From contig OZ024745.1 of NCBI GenBank assembly GCA_964016885.1, positions 115,878,001 through 115,942,000 of the forward strand: DNA of 64,000 bases, given 5' to 3'. The stretch comes from Eledone cirrhosa. Its lineage: Eukaryota. Below are positions 12,807 to 26,731 of this stretch, piece by piece. The notes beneath the pieces are model-generated. The model worked only from the letters and a program-made list of their open reading frames with translations, did not search any database and was not told the origin of the DNA. Positions within the stretch are counted from its first letter, which is position 1. Each line of letters begins with the position of its first letter. The translations under genes were made by a program, and so were the position numbers.

Positions 12807-14342
12807 TTACTTGGTGAATAATAGGGATAAAGGAAGCCACTCCATGCCTGCCATTCTTCACTTCATATTTTCTGCGTTATGTTTTAATAAGACGAGCTTT
12901 TTAGTGAGAAAACGTGTTTGTCTGTATGAGTAAATGATATGGTGCGTGTAATGGTGTTACGTTGACAGGATTGTAAGTTGTTATAGATATATATCATATT
13001 GATGTTGTAGCAAATTCCCCCTGCCGCTGAAGCTTAATGGATGTGAACGAATTTGAAATTTGGAATACGAATGGTATCATTGAGCATGTAATGCTTTTCT
13101 GGTGCTTTATATTATTGAGAACAAATTGATAGCAAGGATAGGAGCACCGGCATGGGTTGAACGAAGAACGTAAGCTATCAGAATAAACAGTGTAATATAT
13201 TTTATATCATGCGTATTTTCGATCTATCGCACTCTGGTACTCAAATACTATTATCAGAAATACTGATTATAAAACCTATACATATAAATCAATACAGATA
13301 AATTAAATAATGTATAGAATATTAAATATTCTTTACAAATAAGAATATGTTATTCAAAAAGAAACTGTATTTTTTACATATATTTCTATTCAAATGCAAT
13401 TGTTCATAAACATTGATAAACCGTCAGTCGTATTTTAATAATGTATAAAATCTATGTTAAAACGAAAACATAATATGATATCATCCTTGAAGACTATTCA
13501 GAATATTTCAGTGGATTTTCTGTTCGATACTTCAATTACAATATTAAAGAAATATTTCTGTATAGTCTTTTTTTCCGATAAATAGAATTAAATTGGAATT
13601 TTGAAGGTAATCTTTATCGAACAATACAAAGATATTCTCCGACATATTGAAATGTTCATTTGTTTCTATTCTTTTTTTTTTTAATATAAACATAAAATGT
13701 TCAGACCCATATTTAAGCTTTGTGAGGAATTAAAAAACTTCAAGAAATATCTAAATTATTCAAAAAATTGATGATACAAGAATATATTTAGTTTGCAACG
13801 TTTCCATGCATAATTTTATTAACTATGCATTCAACTGGGGGTAGAGTCTTCAAATACTTCTTCCAGTGGATATTTTACGAATGTAACTTTGAATAATGGA
13901 TGAGGCTCAGACGAAGAAGAACATAAATAAAGTATCAGTAATGTACTGAGATAATTGCTGGCCTTGTACCAAAAGTAGAAACAATTATATTAAGAAGTCC
14001 CATTTCTTTCCTTTTGTAAACTGTTGTCATCCCCGCCTATTTTATTTCCAAAATCTATTCTATCTGCAATGATAGATGAAAGAGGGCACTTGTCCTTAGC
14101 TTTCAGATCAGTCATGAATTTGTGGGGTTCCGTGGTTAGCTTTGGGTCCTACTCCTACTCCCCAGAGACGGTATTATACATTTCTATTCTGTATATACTT
14201 TTTATCTTGTATTTTATTTCCGTTTGGTTAACATTACATATAAACTTCCATATACTTTTTATCTTGTAATTTTAATATTCACTTGATTTTTCGGAAGTGA
14301 GGCAAATAAATGAAGTCATTGTTATAATTATAATCCCTGAAG

Positions 14343-14748
14343 GGCAGTGGATTAACAGTATCGGTAGAGCGTGCTTTGCAACATATACGTTATGAGTTCA
14401 AATCCAACCGAGGTTAGCTTACCCTTTCATCTTACGGGGGTCGATAAGATAAAGTACCAGTAACGAAGTTTAGTAGATTTAACACCCCCCAAACATACCT
14501 AAAAATGTTCGCCTTGTGCCTAAATCAGAAACCATTATTATAATCTCTGGTAGGGGCGGTGGATTGGCGGTATCGGTAGATGGTCGGACGCCATGCTTTG
14601 CAGCAAAGAGTTACGGCCCTTTATGGTCTCAGTTCAAATCCCGCCGAGGTTAACTTTGCCTTTCATCCTTACGGGGTCGATAAAATAAAGTACCAGTAAT
14701 GTACTGGGATAATTGCTGGCCTTGTGCCAAAAGTAGAAATAATTATTA
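14343..14748 (+). mobile_element. Two head-to-tail octopus-type SINE copies (14343-14540, 14554-14748)
   Basis: Both carry the family A/B-box-like head and core; separated and flanked by three copies of attataatccctg(g/a)(t)ag. Confidence 0.85.
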
Positions 14749-14996
14749 TAATCCCTGGTAGAGGTTTCGCAGAAGCATTAAACATAAGGACATACTTTCT
14801 TGCAGCGAAATAGCATATTGATTACGGTTTTTAGTTAAATCCTTTCAGGTTCAGAGTTTAAATTACACCAATGTGAACCGTGGCCTTTTCTTTCTGGAGC
14901 AAATAAGATAACATGCAAATAAGGAACTATGGTAAATTTAGTGGACTTTTCTTTCTCCTCAAGTAATGGTCTAAATATGAAACCATAATTAAATGT

Positions 14997-15112
14997 GCGT
15001 GGCTTAGTGGGTAGAGAGTTGGATTCGCAATCGTGAGGTTTCGAGTTCAATTCTCGGACGTGGTGATGCGTTGTGTCCTTGAGCAAGACACTTTATTCCA
15101 CGTTGCTCTTTC
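14997..15112 (+). mobile_element. tRNA-derived CORE-type SINE (OR-like), partial
   Basis: A box TGGCTTAGTGG, B box GAGTTCAATTC, then CORE-like TGTGTCCTTGAGCAAGACACTT. Confidence 0.7.
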
Positions 15113-15687
15113 TGCCAGGAATTGCGACCGGTAGTTAGTATCAGTAATGTAAAGACCAATGGAAAACTTGTGTCCTTAGTCAATTTGACGATGTCCCCCG
15201 CACACGGCAAGCGAATGAGGTCTGGGATCGATCAGAGCGAGTAGGTTGGCAGAATTGGTAGAGCTTTTCACCTTTTCGAGGCCAGTAAAATAAAATATCA
15301 TTCATGTAGATTAATTGCTTCATTGTATTTAGTTTCGTCGTTATATGATTTAATTTCCACCACTGTCAGATTATAGAGTACATCAGACCTACCAACCTCT
15401 AAAATCGAAACGGGGACAAATAAGGTAAAATGGGGAGATTTTACCTAATTTTCAAAAGAGAAGACATCTCCCCGTCCGACGGGGAGAGACGACAGGTTTG
15501 ATTACATCTCCTGTAGTTGAGATAAAATAAGTAACAGTTATAATTTGGAGTAAATCTAATCCACTCTGTCGCTAAATGTGGTTTGAGAAGTCCTCAATTT
15601 TATTTGATTAAACATATATGTACTGTGGCAAAGATAGTGTTCAATTGAGGGCGAATGTTTAACTGTATAGATTAAAAGTGTTCGGGA

Positions 15688-16161
15688 GATGATGATGAAG
15701 TTGGTGATGGTGATGATGATGATGATGGTGAGGATGATGGTGTGGTGATGACAATGTCTGTGGCGGTAATGATGATGATAATGATGATGATGTTGGTTAT
15801 GATGATGATGATGATGAGGATGTTGATGGTGATGATGATGTTGATTATGTTGGTGATGGTAATGGCTGTGGTGGTAGCGATGATGATGATGAAGATAATG
15901 GTGATAGTGGTGGGGGGTTCGTGATGATGATGATGATGATGATGCGGAGGGGAGGGGGAGTGGTGATGATGATGATGATGAGGTTGGTTATGTTCGTGAT
16001 AGTAATGGCTGTGGTGGTAGCGATGATGATGATGATGATGATGATAGTGTCGGTTGGGGGTGGAGTGATGATGATGATGATGATGATGGTGGTGGTGATG
16101 GTAATGGTTGTGGTGGTAGCAATGATGATGATGATGGTGATAGTATGGATTGGGGGTGGAG

Positions 16162-16193
<32 letters not shown>

Positions 16194-16622
16194 ATGGTTG
16201 TGGTGGTAGCGATGATGATGATGATGGTGGTGTTGGGGGGGGGGGTGATATTTGTGGTGGTGGTGATGATGATGATCATGATGATGGTGGTGGTGGTGAT
16301 GGTAATGGCTGTGGTGGTAGCGATGATGATGATGATGATGGTGGTGGTGATAGTGGTGGTGTTAGTTGTGAGGGTGGTGATGATGATGATGATGATGAGG
16401 ATGGTGGTGTTGGCGGTGGTGGTAGTTGTGGTGGTGTTCATGATGATGGTGGCGGTGGTGGTGGTGGTGGTGGTGTTAGTTGTGGTGGTGGTGGTGGTGA
16501 TGATGATAAGGAGGATGGTGGGGGTGGGGTGGTGCTTGTAGGTGTGGTGATGATATTGATGATTGTGCCGGTGACGGTGGGGGTAATTGTGGTCGTAGTG
16601 ATAATGATGATGATGATGACGA
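15688..16622. repeat. Compound (GAT)n/(GGT)n low-complexity tract with ~60-80-bp higher-order units
   Basis: Recurrent gtaatggctgtggtggtagcgatgatg unit between triplet runs. Confidence 0.9.
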
Positions 16623-16854
16623 CAAGTCCATGTTATTTTCCGTGATAACATCGAGGGAGATTAGTGTAATCTCCTTAGATAAATGAGTAGGAGATGAGAT
16701 GAGAGGATAATGACTAACAAAGGGAGGTTATAAGTTGGTAATCTCCAGCTTCAGGAGTTGCATTTGATCACTAAGGTTTAATTGTGGCTTAGTGAGATCA
16801 AACATCTGCTTTGTCGTAGATGCTTTTGAAACTGGCCGGGTTCAGTGCTTACGT

Positions 16855-19800
16855 CATTGGTGACATTGGTAGTGGTTAGTGACATTGGTAGTGTTAGTGA
16901 CATTGGTAGTGGTTAGTGACATTGGTAGTGGTTAGTGACATTGGTAGTGTTAGTGACATTGGTAGTGTTAGTGACATTGGTAGTGTTAGAGACATTGGTA
17001 GTGTTAGTGACATTGGTAGTGGTTAGTGACATTGGTAGTAATAGTGACATTGGTAGTGGTTAGTGACATTGGTAGTGTTAGTGACATTGGTAGTGGTTAG
17101 TGACATTGGTAGTGTTAGTGACATTGGTAGTGTTAGTGACATTGGTAGTGTTAGAGACATTGGTAGAGGTTAGTGACATTGGTAGTGTTAGTGACATTGG
17201 TAGTGGTTAGTGACATTGGTAGTGTTAGTGACATTGGTAGTGGTTAGTGACATTGGTAGTGTTAGTGACATTGGTAGTGTTAGTGACATTGGTAGTGTTA
17301 GAGACATTGGTAGAGGTTAGTGACATTGGTAGTGTTAGTGACATTGGTAGTGGTTAGTGACATTGGTAGTGTTAGTGACATTGGTAGTGGTTAGTGACAT
17401 TGGTAGTGGTTAGTGACATTGGTAGTAATAGTGACATTGGTAGTGTTAGTGACATTGGTAGTGTTAGTGACATTGGTAGTAATAGTGACATTGGTAGTGT
17501 TAGTGACATTGGTAGTGGTTAGTGACATTGGTAGTGGTTAGTGACATTGGTAGTGGTTAGTGACATTGGTAGTGTTAGTGACATTGGTAGTGGTTAGTGA
17601 CATTGGTAGTGTTAGTGACATTGGTAGTGGTTAGTGACATTGGTAGTAATAGTGACATTGGTAGTGTTAGTGACATTGGTAGTGTTAGTGACATTGGTAG
17701 TGGTTAGTGACATTGGTAGTGTTAGTGACATTGGTAGTGTTAGTGACATTGGTAGTGGTTAGTGACATTGGTAGTGTTAGTGACATTGGTAGTGGTTAGT
17801 GACATTGGTAGTGTTAGTGACATTGGTAGTGTTAGTGACATTGGTAGTGTTAGTGACATTGGTAGTGGTTAGTGACATTGGTAGTGTTAGTGACATTGGT
17901 AGTGTTAGTGACATTGGTAGTGGTTAGTGACATTGGTAGTAATAGTGACATTGGTAGTGTTAGTGACATTGGTAGTGTTAGTGACATTGGTAGTGTTAGT
18001 GACATTGGTAGTGTTAGTGACATTGGTAGTGGTTAGTGACATTGTAGTGTTAGTGACATTGGTAGTGTTAGTGACATTGGTAGTGGTTAGTGACATTGGT
18101 AGTGTTAGTGACATTGGTAGTGTTAGTGACATTGGTAGTGTTAGTGACATTGGTAGTGGTTAGTGACATTGGTAGTGTTAGTGACATTGGTAGTGTTAGT
18201 GACATTGCCAGTGTTAGTGACATTGGTAGTGTTAGTGACATTGGTAGTGTTAGTGACATTGGTAGTGGTTAGTGACATTGGTAGTGTTAGTGACATTGGT
18301 AGTGTTAGTGACATTGGTAGTGTTAGTGACATTGGTAGTGTTAGTGACATTGGTAGTGTTAGTGACATTGGTAGTGTTAGTGACATTGGTAGTGTTAGTG
18401 ACATTGGTAGTGTTAGTGACATTGGTAGTGGTTAGTGACATTGGTAGTGTTAGTGACATTGGTAGTATTAGTGACATTGGTAGTGTTAGTGACATTGGTA
18501 GTGGTTAGTGACATTGGTAGTGTTAGTGACATTGGTAGTGTTAGTGACATTGGTAGTGTTAGTGACATTGGTAGTGTTAGTGACATTGGTAGTGTTAGTG
18601 ACATTGGTAGTGTTAGTGACATTGGTAGTGTTAGTGACATTGGTAGTGTTAGAGACATTGGTAGTGTTAGTGACATTGGTAGTGTTAGTGACATTGGTAG
18701 TGGTTAGTGACATTGGTAGTGTTAGAGACATTGGTAGTGTTAGTGACATTGGTAGTGTTAGTGACATTGGTAGTGTTAGTGACATTGGTAGTGTTAGTGA
18801 CATTGGTAGTGTTAGTGACATTGGTAGTCTTAGAGACATTGGTAGTGTTAGTGACATTGGTAGTGTTAGTGACATTGGTAGTGTTAGTGACATTGGTAGT
18901 CTTAGAGACATTGGTAGTGTTAGTGACATTGGTAGTGTTAGTGACATTGGTAGTGTTAGTGACATTGGTAGTGTTAGTGACATTGGTAGTGTTAGTGACA
19001 TTGGTAGTGTTAGTGACATTGGTAGTCTTAGAGACATTGGTAGTGTTAGTGACATTGGTAGTGTTAGTGACATTGGTAGTGTTAGTGACATTGGTAGTGT
19101 TAGTGACATTGGTAGTGTTAGTGACATTGGTAGTGTTAGTGACATTGGTAGTGTTAGTGACATTGGTAGTGTTAGTGACATTGGTAGTGTTAGTGACATT
19201 GGTAGTGTTAGTGACATTGGTAGTCTTAGAGACATTGGTAGTGTTAGTGACATTGGTAGTGTTAGTGACATTGGTAGTGTTAGTGACATTGGTAGTGTTA
19301 GTGACATTGGTAGTGTTAGTGACATTGGTAGTGTTAGTGGCATTGGTAGTGTTAGTGACATTGGTAGTGTTAGTGACATTGGTAGTGGTTAGTGACATTG
19401 GTAGTGGTTAGTGACATTGGTAGTGTTAGAGACATTGGTAGAGGTTAGTGACATTGGTAGTGTTAGTGACATTGGTAGTGTTAGTGACATTGGTAGTGGT
19501 TAGTGACATTGGTAGTGTTAGTGACATTGGTAGTGTTAGTGACATTGGTAGTGTTAGTGACATTGGTAGTGTTAGTGACATTGGTAGTGGTTAGTGACAT
19601 TGGTAGTGTTAGTGACATTGGTAGTGTTAGTGACATTGGTAGTGGTTAGTGACATTGGTAGTGTTAGTGACATTGGTAGTGTTAGTGACATTGGTAGTGG
19701 TTAGTGACATTGGTAGTGTTAGTGACATTGGTAGTGTTAGTGACATTGGTAGTGTTAGTGACATTGGTAGTGTTAGTGACATTGGTAGTATTAGTGACAT

Positions 19801-20228
19801 TGGTAGTCATAGAGACATTGGTAGTGTTAGTGGCATTGGTAGTGTTAGTGACATTGGTAGTGTTAGTGACATTGGTAGTGTTAGTGACATTGGTAGTCAT
19901 AGAGACATTGGTAGTCTTAGTGACATTGGTAGTGTTAGTGACATTGGTAGTGTTAGTGACATTGGTAGTGTTAGTGACATTGGTAGTGTTAGTGACATTG
20001 GTAGTCATAGAGACATTGGTAGTCTTAGTGACATTGGTAGTGTTAGTGACATTGGTAGTGTTAGTGACATTGGTAGTCATAGAGACATTGGTAGTCATAG
20101 AGACATTGGTAGTCTTAGAGACATTGGTAGTATTAGTGACATTGGTAGTCATAGAGACATTGGTAGTCTTAGAGACATTGGTAGTATTAGTGACATTGGT
20201 AGTCATAGAGACATTGGTAGTGTTAGTG
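16855..20228. repeat. 3.4-kb minisatellite, 18-bp unit TTAGTGACATTGGTAGTG with 19-bp variant
   Basis: Roughly 180 tandem units; variants GTGGTTAG (+1 nt), TTAGAGAC, GTCTTAGAG, GTCATAGAG. Confidence 0.98.
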
Positions 20229-20319
20229 TTGTTGTTGGTGGTGGTGGAGGTGGTGTTTGTAGTTGTGATGTGTTTGTAGTTGGGATTGCTGTTGTTGGTA
20301 CTCATGGGTGATCATAATG

Positions 20320-20534
20320 GCGATGATGATGACTATGAGAATGACGACAACGACGACAATGATGATGATGATGATGATGACGATGACTATGGAGATGATG
20401 ATGATGATGATGACGACGACTATGATAATGATGATGATGATGATGACGACGACTATGATAATGATGATGATGATGATGACGACGACTATGATAATGATGA
20501 TGATGATGATGACGATGACTATGGAGATGATGAT

Positions 20535-20565
<31 letters not shown>

Positions 20566-20634
20566 ATGATGATGAAGATGATGATGATGACGATGATAAT
20601 GACGATGATGATAATGATGATGATGATGATGATG
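20320..20634. repeat. (GAT/GAC)n low-complexity tract
   Basis: Seen directly. Confidence 0.9.
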
Positions 20635-21559
20635 GCAGGTAAAAAAAGGAATGACATTTTGTTGCAATACCTTTAGTTGTTCTCTTGCTTGGATTGTATT
20701 GCTGTAAATTCTTTGAAGGAATGGAAACACATTTATTTATTTCAACAAGAAATCATCCAAAAGGGAATAGTTGTGTCCTTTCCATAAGCCTTTATCGTGT
20801 TTATGACGGAAGAGTTGTGTTAGCTCTTATAAATACCAGAAGTCTCCAAGTGGTTGGTAGAGTTGTTACCAATTGAGGGCTAAGTATCTCTAAAACCACA
20901 GCATACCATTATATATAATGGTATACAATTTAAGTAATTTTATATATTCTTATATATCCTTAAACAGACAGGAAGATCATCAATGAGACGTCATTGATGC
21001 TAGCTTTGATCTGTTTGGGTTAATCAAAGTTTAAGCAACAACAATGGCGTCAAAAATAAGGAATTCAAGAATACCCTCAGAAGAAGAAAAGCAAGTTCAG
21101 CCCTAGCAAATGTTTATTGTAGATGAGAACGTTAAATACTATACTGAATATTTGCTTGGCCACTTTACCACTCCGGTTGACCCACTTTACATTTAACTAT
21201 CAGATATATTTCTAGAGATTTTTGCTGTTGAATTGCTCCATATTAGATCTGATAAATCTGATATATTATGAAGTCCATTATTTTTGCCTAATTCCCCTAG
21301 GATTAAACTACTCATTGATCCATGTACATCAGTTATTAATTACAGTAATACTCTATCTAAGATTAAAATAATCGGCATCATCTTGGTAAGATAGTAGGGT
21401 AAAATCCATGTGAGATAGAGCCGCTATTTATAAATAAATTAAAATGACTCCGGTGGGTCTCCGGCGATCATCTATATAATGTTATGTATAAGAGAATGTA
21501 GAATAGTTGATCGTGATGTTGTGTAACATTGGGTATGAGTATAGAGGTTTCATATATCA

Positions 21560-21960
21560 CAACATTCCACTCCCAAAGAAAGGAAGTCTTGCCCAATTTA
21601 AAAAGATGTATCTCGCTGAGAGTTATTGCCGCTAAGATTTAAAATAAGTTGATTCTCAAAAGGATATTTCCTCTTCTGAATGGCATTTTGTGGGGAACTC
21701 AAAACGGATTTCCTAGTAGACGTTCCACTACTGCATAGATACTGTCATGTCATTGCAGAGAATCATTGAAAAACGTAATAACGATTTTTGCATAATTTGT
21801 GTGGACTTTATAAAAGCACTCGATTCAATCTACCTATAGGTAACATTTGACGTACTATCGCTCTATGACATTCCACGGTAGTTAGCTACAACTATAAGAA
21901 CATTATGCTCCAGCACGAAATCCTGAGCCATAAACCAGATGGAGAAACATAATATTTCGA
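21560..21960 (+). mobile_element. Degenerate RTE-like LINE reverse transcriptase fragment
   Basis: Frameshifted IPLPKKG..ISL..IAAKI*NKLILKRI..QNGF..RST..QRIIE..VDFIKALDSI, i.e. early non-LTR RT motifs. Confidence 0.65.
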
Positions 21961-22375
21961 TAGTCTATAATATCGAGAGCTAGGAAATGATGTTGAAGTA
22001 AATTAATATGATTATTTAGTGGAGAGATGGTACGAAACAGAAGTCTAATATGAAAACGATAGATTGCTGATTTTTGATGGATGGAGACATTTCATTGGGA
22101 TAGATAACAGAGTACGTAAGATGAGTGAGAAACTGTGGTTTTGAGCGACGTTAGTGGGATGATGTTGATATGTAACTAAGGGAAGTAAATGGTAATGTGA
22201 ATAGGTTTTACATAGAAAAAAAAGACATTTCCATTCTTTAAAGTGTCAGAATAAATAAAGTGAGTTAAAAACATCTTCTTAAAAACTTTAGTTTTTCTCT
22301 CAGCAGGAGTCGATAAATTATGAACCAGTGAAATATGAAGGATTTCATATAGTGGCTTATATCTTCCTTGAAATT

Positions 22376-22439
<64 letters not shown>

Positions 22440-22665
22440 GCTACCACCACCACAACCGCCACCACCACCACCACCACCAACAATCACCATCACAACCAGC
22501 ACCACAACCACCACAACCACCACAACTACCACCACCACCGCCACGACCACCACCACAACCACCACCAGCACCACCACCAGCACCACCGCCACCACAACCA
22601 CCACCAGCACCACCACAAACACCACCACCACCACCACCACCACCACCACCACCACCACCACTACT
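22376..22665. repeat. (TAC)n/(CAC)n tract
   Basis: Seen directly. Confidence 0.9.
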
Positions 22666-23064
22666 AAAGTAAACACACACACATTTACATACTTCCCTAT
22701 ACAAGTATCCACTAAAGCCTCTCCATAAGGTTTCATATAAATACACACACAACGAAGGTAAGATTGTACTAATGATTTAGCTGTAAAATGTTATCTCTGT
22801 GAATTTTCGTTTGAAAAGGTATAGCAGCTTACATAATCAATAGTTTCCTTTGATTTATACCTGTTCTCACCAACCAGTCTACTTGATCGACCGATAAAAA
22901 CCAAGGAAAAAAGCTACTAGCCAACGATAATCTCGTTAGTTTATTGGATGAAAAAAGAAAATAATTTCATCAGCAACTTCAATAAGAGACACAACCTTCA
23001 CTAGCAACAGCAGCAATGTTTCCATCAATGTTTATCACTACTACTTGTATGAATGACAGTATCT

Positions 23065-23645
23065 TCATCACCACCACCTACACAAAGCTACGTTACTACT
23101 ACCACCACCACTAACAACAACAACGACACCATCAACACCTACATAAACCTACGTCACAATCACCACCACCAACAACAACAACACCACCATCACCACCACC
23201 ATCTACACAAACCCCCCACCTACGTCACTACCACCACCATCAACACCACCACCACTAACAACACCACCACCATCACCACCACCATCTACACAAACCCCAC
23301 ACCTGCGTCACTACCACCACCATCAACACCACCACCACCACCAACAACAACACCACCATCACCACCACCTACACAAACCCCCACCTACGTCACTATCACC
23401 ACCATCAACACCACCACCACTAACAACAACACCACCATCACCACCACCATCTACACAAACCCCCACCTACGTCACTACCACCACCACCAACAACAACACC
23501 ACCATCAACACCACCACCACTAACAACAGCAACACCATCACCATCACCACCTTCCCAAACCTACGTCATTATCACCACCACTAACAACAACACCAGCATC
23601 ACCACCACCACCACCACCTACACGAATCACACCTACGTCACTACC

Positions 23646-23676
<31 letters not shown>

Positions 23677-24015
23677 CCACCATCTCCAACACCACCAACA
23701 CCAATACTCCCCCACTACCACCACCTCCAACACCACGACCACCATCAACCTCAGCACCACCTACAAGACCAACGTCACCACCAGCACCAACACCACCATC
23801 AACCCCAGCACCACCTCCAACACCACCACCCTCACCACAACCACCACCAACACTACAACCACCTACAAGAAGAAGAAGAAGAAGAAGAAGAAGAAAAAGA
23901 AGAAGAAAAAGAAGAAGAAAAAGAAGAAGAAGAAGAAGAAGAAGAAGAAGAAGAAGAAAAACAACAATAACAATAACAGCAGCAAAAACAACAACAACAA
24001 CAACAACAGCAACAT
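23065..24015. repeat. CAC-rich minisatellite (~70-80-bp unit containing CCTACGTCACTACC) followed by (GAA)n and (CAA)n
   Basis: acaaacccccacctacgtcac recurs about 7 times. Confidence 0.85.
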
Positions 24016-24199
24016 CAAAAGTAGTTAATATACCTGGAAATTCTAGAGACGGCTTAAAAGATAGTTATGATGCATTGGCTAATATATGTTATATCTGTTG
24101 TGAAGTTTGATGGTAAGTTTGTGTAATAGGATTTGGACTAAATGAGCAGAAATCAACAACTATAGCAACACTGTTACCATATCCTTCACTCTAATCTCG

Positions 24200-24462
24200 T
24201 CAGGCCGGTACTTATTCAGGTTTCCATGGCATTAAGAGACAGAATATAAGGTTCCCGCTGGACAAGACGCCAGTCCATCGCAGGGTTAACCCCCCCCCCC
24301 CCGCCCCTCCAAGTATTGCTGGTACTCATTTTCAGCTAAGTATACTGAAGCGACGTGAAATGAAGTGTTTTGCTCAAGAACACAACACAACCCAGCTCAG
24401 GAATGGAACCCACTACATTATGATCGTAAGTCCAACACCCTTACCACTAAGCCACCCGCCTC
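24200..24462 (-). mobile_element. tRNA-derived CORE-type SINE
   Basis: rc: GGTGGCTTAGTGGTAAGG...GGGTTCCATTCC...TGTGTTCTTGAGCAAAACACTT; same family as 14997-15112. Confidence 0.7.
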
Positions 24463-24888
24463 TACACTATTGTCATCAATGCTCCTAACACAGCCATCCA
24501 AGCCAGTGTTACCACTAAAACCACTAGCAACCCCACCCAACCAGCAACATTATAGATATTCGCCTCATTATCATTCATTTCACTATTAGTATCACTAGCA
24601 TGCACAATAAAACATTCATCACATGCAGAACTAACATCGATAAAAATGTACGACAATTACTATCTAATGAATGATCTGCAACGAGGTAGCATCTAAGCTA
24701 GACAAAGTGGTCGTCTTTACATGCTCATTCTACATTCTAATTAGATCTGCTAGTAGTCACAATCAACTATAGTAGAAACAAGATTGGAATGATGTAAATC
24801 TAGAAGAATTCTGTCTGAAAAATAACACTGATAGAAAATTGTTGATCTAAAATCCCTTCAGTCAGGATATGAGATTTATTTCTAATTT

Positions 24889-25048
24889 AGGCAGAGTGAC
24901 AACTAATTGTAAGGAAACGTCGATTATTATATTTTATTGACCTCGTACCCATGAAAAACAAAGTTGACATCGGCGGGATTTCAGCTTAGAACAAACAGCG
25001 TAATGGTATTACATCCCACAGTTTATCAATTCTGTTAAACCAACACCA
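24889..25048 (-). mobile_element. Old diverged octopus-type SINE
   Basis: ttttattgacctcgta...aaagttgacatcggcgggattt matches family core. Confidence 0.55.
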
Positions 25049-25549
25049 CTACTCCAAGGTTAAGTAATCATAACAACACATTTATCTAATCAAAAAGAAA
25101 AGAAAATGACTAATAGAACAACATGTAAAACATCACACATACAGAACACTGTGTAGTTCCACAGGAGATAATTTCTACTTTTAATACACAAACATCTCTG
25201 TCTGCTTAATATGCTTTTATTGTATTATGTGATACCTTTGTCACACTGTAATATATATGCCTAGTACCATTGCTTGTTTCCTATCTAGCTATCCTGTACA
25301 TACTTAACACATTTGCACTTTCTATACGCTTGCATATGTAATGCTAATGTCCACGTTTTGCGAGTAACTTTCTGCCTTAATTCATATATAATTGTTATAT
25401 TATTCTTTTGTAATCTTTGTCGCATCCACTGATACTGACCTCAACACCTCCACGCTGTAAATATGACACTGTGGATGACAACATTAATATGTATGTACCT
25501 TTATGATTGTTCTGTAGAATAGGACGTTAATTATATGTCTAAACTTTGC

Positions 25550-25602
25550 TAGTGCTCCGATGATTTCCAACGAAAGTTTGGAAGAAACGGTTGTCAACAA
25601 TA
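25550..25602 (+). ncRNA. Degenerate minimal hammerhead motif
   Basis: CCGATGA T TTCCAA cgaaagt TTGGAA GAAA C GGTT G TC; U4 is C and stem I is imperfect. Confidence 0.45.
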
Positions 25603-25930
25603 AAATGTTTTGAACATAGTTTTGATTATTCTGTAATTTATATTGCTGCTCAGTAAAACATCTGATGTATTTACATTGAGCTATTTTTCTTACTGGTAAT
25701 AAGGTAGTAATGAATTATTGACCTTTCCTGTTTATAATTATATATAGTGTATATGTAAGTATAAATAATATATATATATATATATATATTTAAAGGTTAA
25801 ACAATGTTCAATGAATAAAACAAAGAATGAGTTTTACAATAGATTGGAAGCACTGCCCAGTTATGGTTTTCCAGTGTTATTAATATTAATTCAAAATATT
25901 AACAAAAATATACATTCGTGTGATAAAGTA

Positions 25931-25997
25931 TATTTTATTATACATATTTCAGAGGTACTGAGCTATCTTCAACAGTACGTCCTCATCAGATAAAATA
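25931..25997 (-). ncRNA. Minimal type I hammerhead ribozyme (intact core)
   Basis: rc: TATTTTAT CTGATGA GGAC-GTACTG loop CAGTAC-CTCT GAAA T ATGT A TA ATAAAATA; perfect 8-bp stem I. Confidence 0.7.
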
Positions 25998-26299
25998 AGA
26001 TGATGCATGACATACCCTGACTTAGTAGATGGTTATAAAACAGAGAATGTCTGTCTTTCTGACTCCCTAAAACTCGAGAACCACCCAACCGATTGTTTTC
26101 AAACTTTACAAATGTAATACTTATGAGTGTTTTGAGCAAAACATATTTCAAATTTTCAATGCCTAAGGATCGCATTAGGCGATTTAGCGATCTCTCTATA
26201 ATTCTTAGTCTTACTTTTTAGATAGATACATAGATATAACGTCGCCCCCTTATAATAACTGTCTGTATGCCTGGCTGTCTGCATTACGACATTATGACG

Positions 26300-26372
<73 letters not shown>

Positions 26373-26382
26373 GGTATATATA

Positions 26383-26413
<31 letters not shown>

Positions 26414-26731
26414 GTGTGTAACGTTTTTCGAATTATTTACTTTTGCGTTCACAGATTGACTTTTTTAGTTTCAGAATATCCCGTTAAGGGTGAAAGCAAC
26501 GATCTTTGCTTAAACTTTAACCTGCTATTTTAATAAATATATATATATATATATAATTATATATTCTTGTACAGATATTTTTTCCATACACAATAACCAA
26601 ATATAAACAAACGTATTTATTTCACGAGGCTCGATAAGGATAAATATATATCAAATATAAACGAACCCTAGACGAAATCCCGAACAACGCCGGTCCATTC
26701 TGGTGGTATATTTATATATATATATATATTT

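Noticed and set aside
14997-15070. tRNA gene
   Set aside because: A and B boxes present but no clean cloverleaf, and it continues into a CORE-like SINE body
15742-16651. Poly-M/V/D/H/T ORFs (also 20223-20730 and 22176-23523)
   Set aside because: Open in several frames only because triplet repeats lack stops
16855-20228. CRISPR-like array or long mucin CDS
   Set aside because: No unique spacers or cas genes; frequent 19-bp units shift frame; no splice or start context seen
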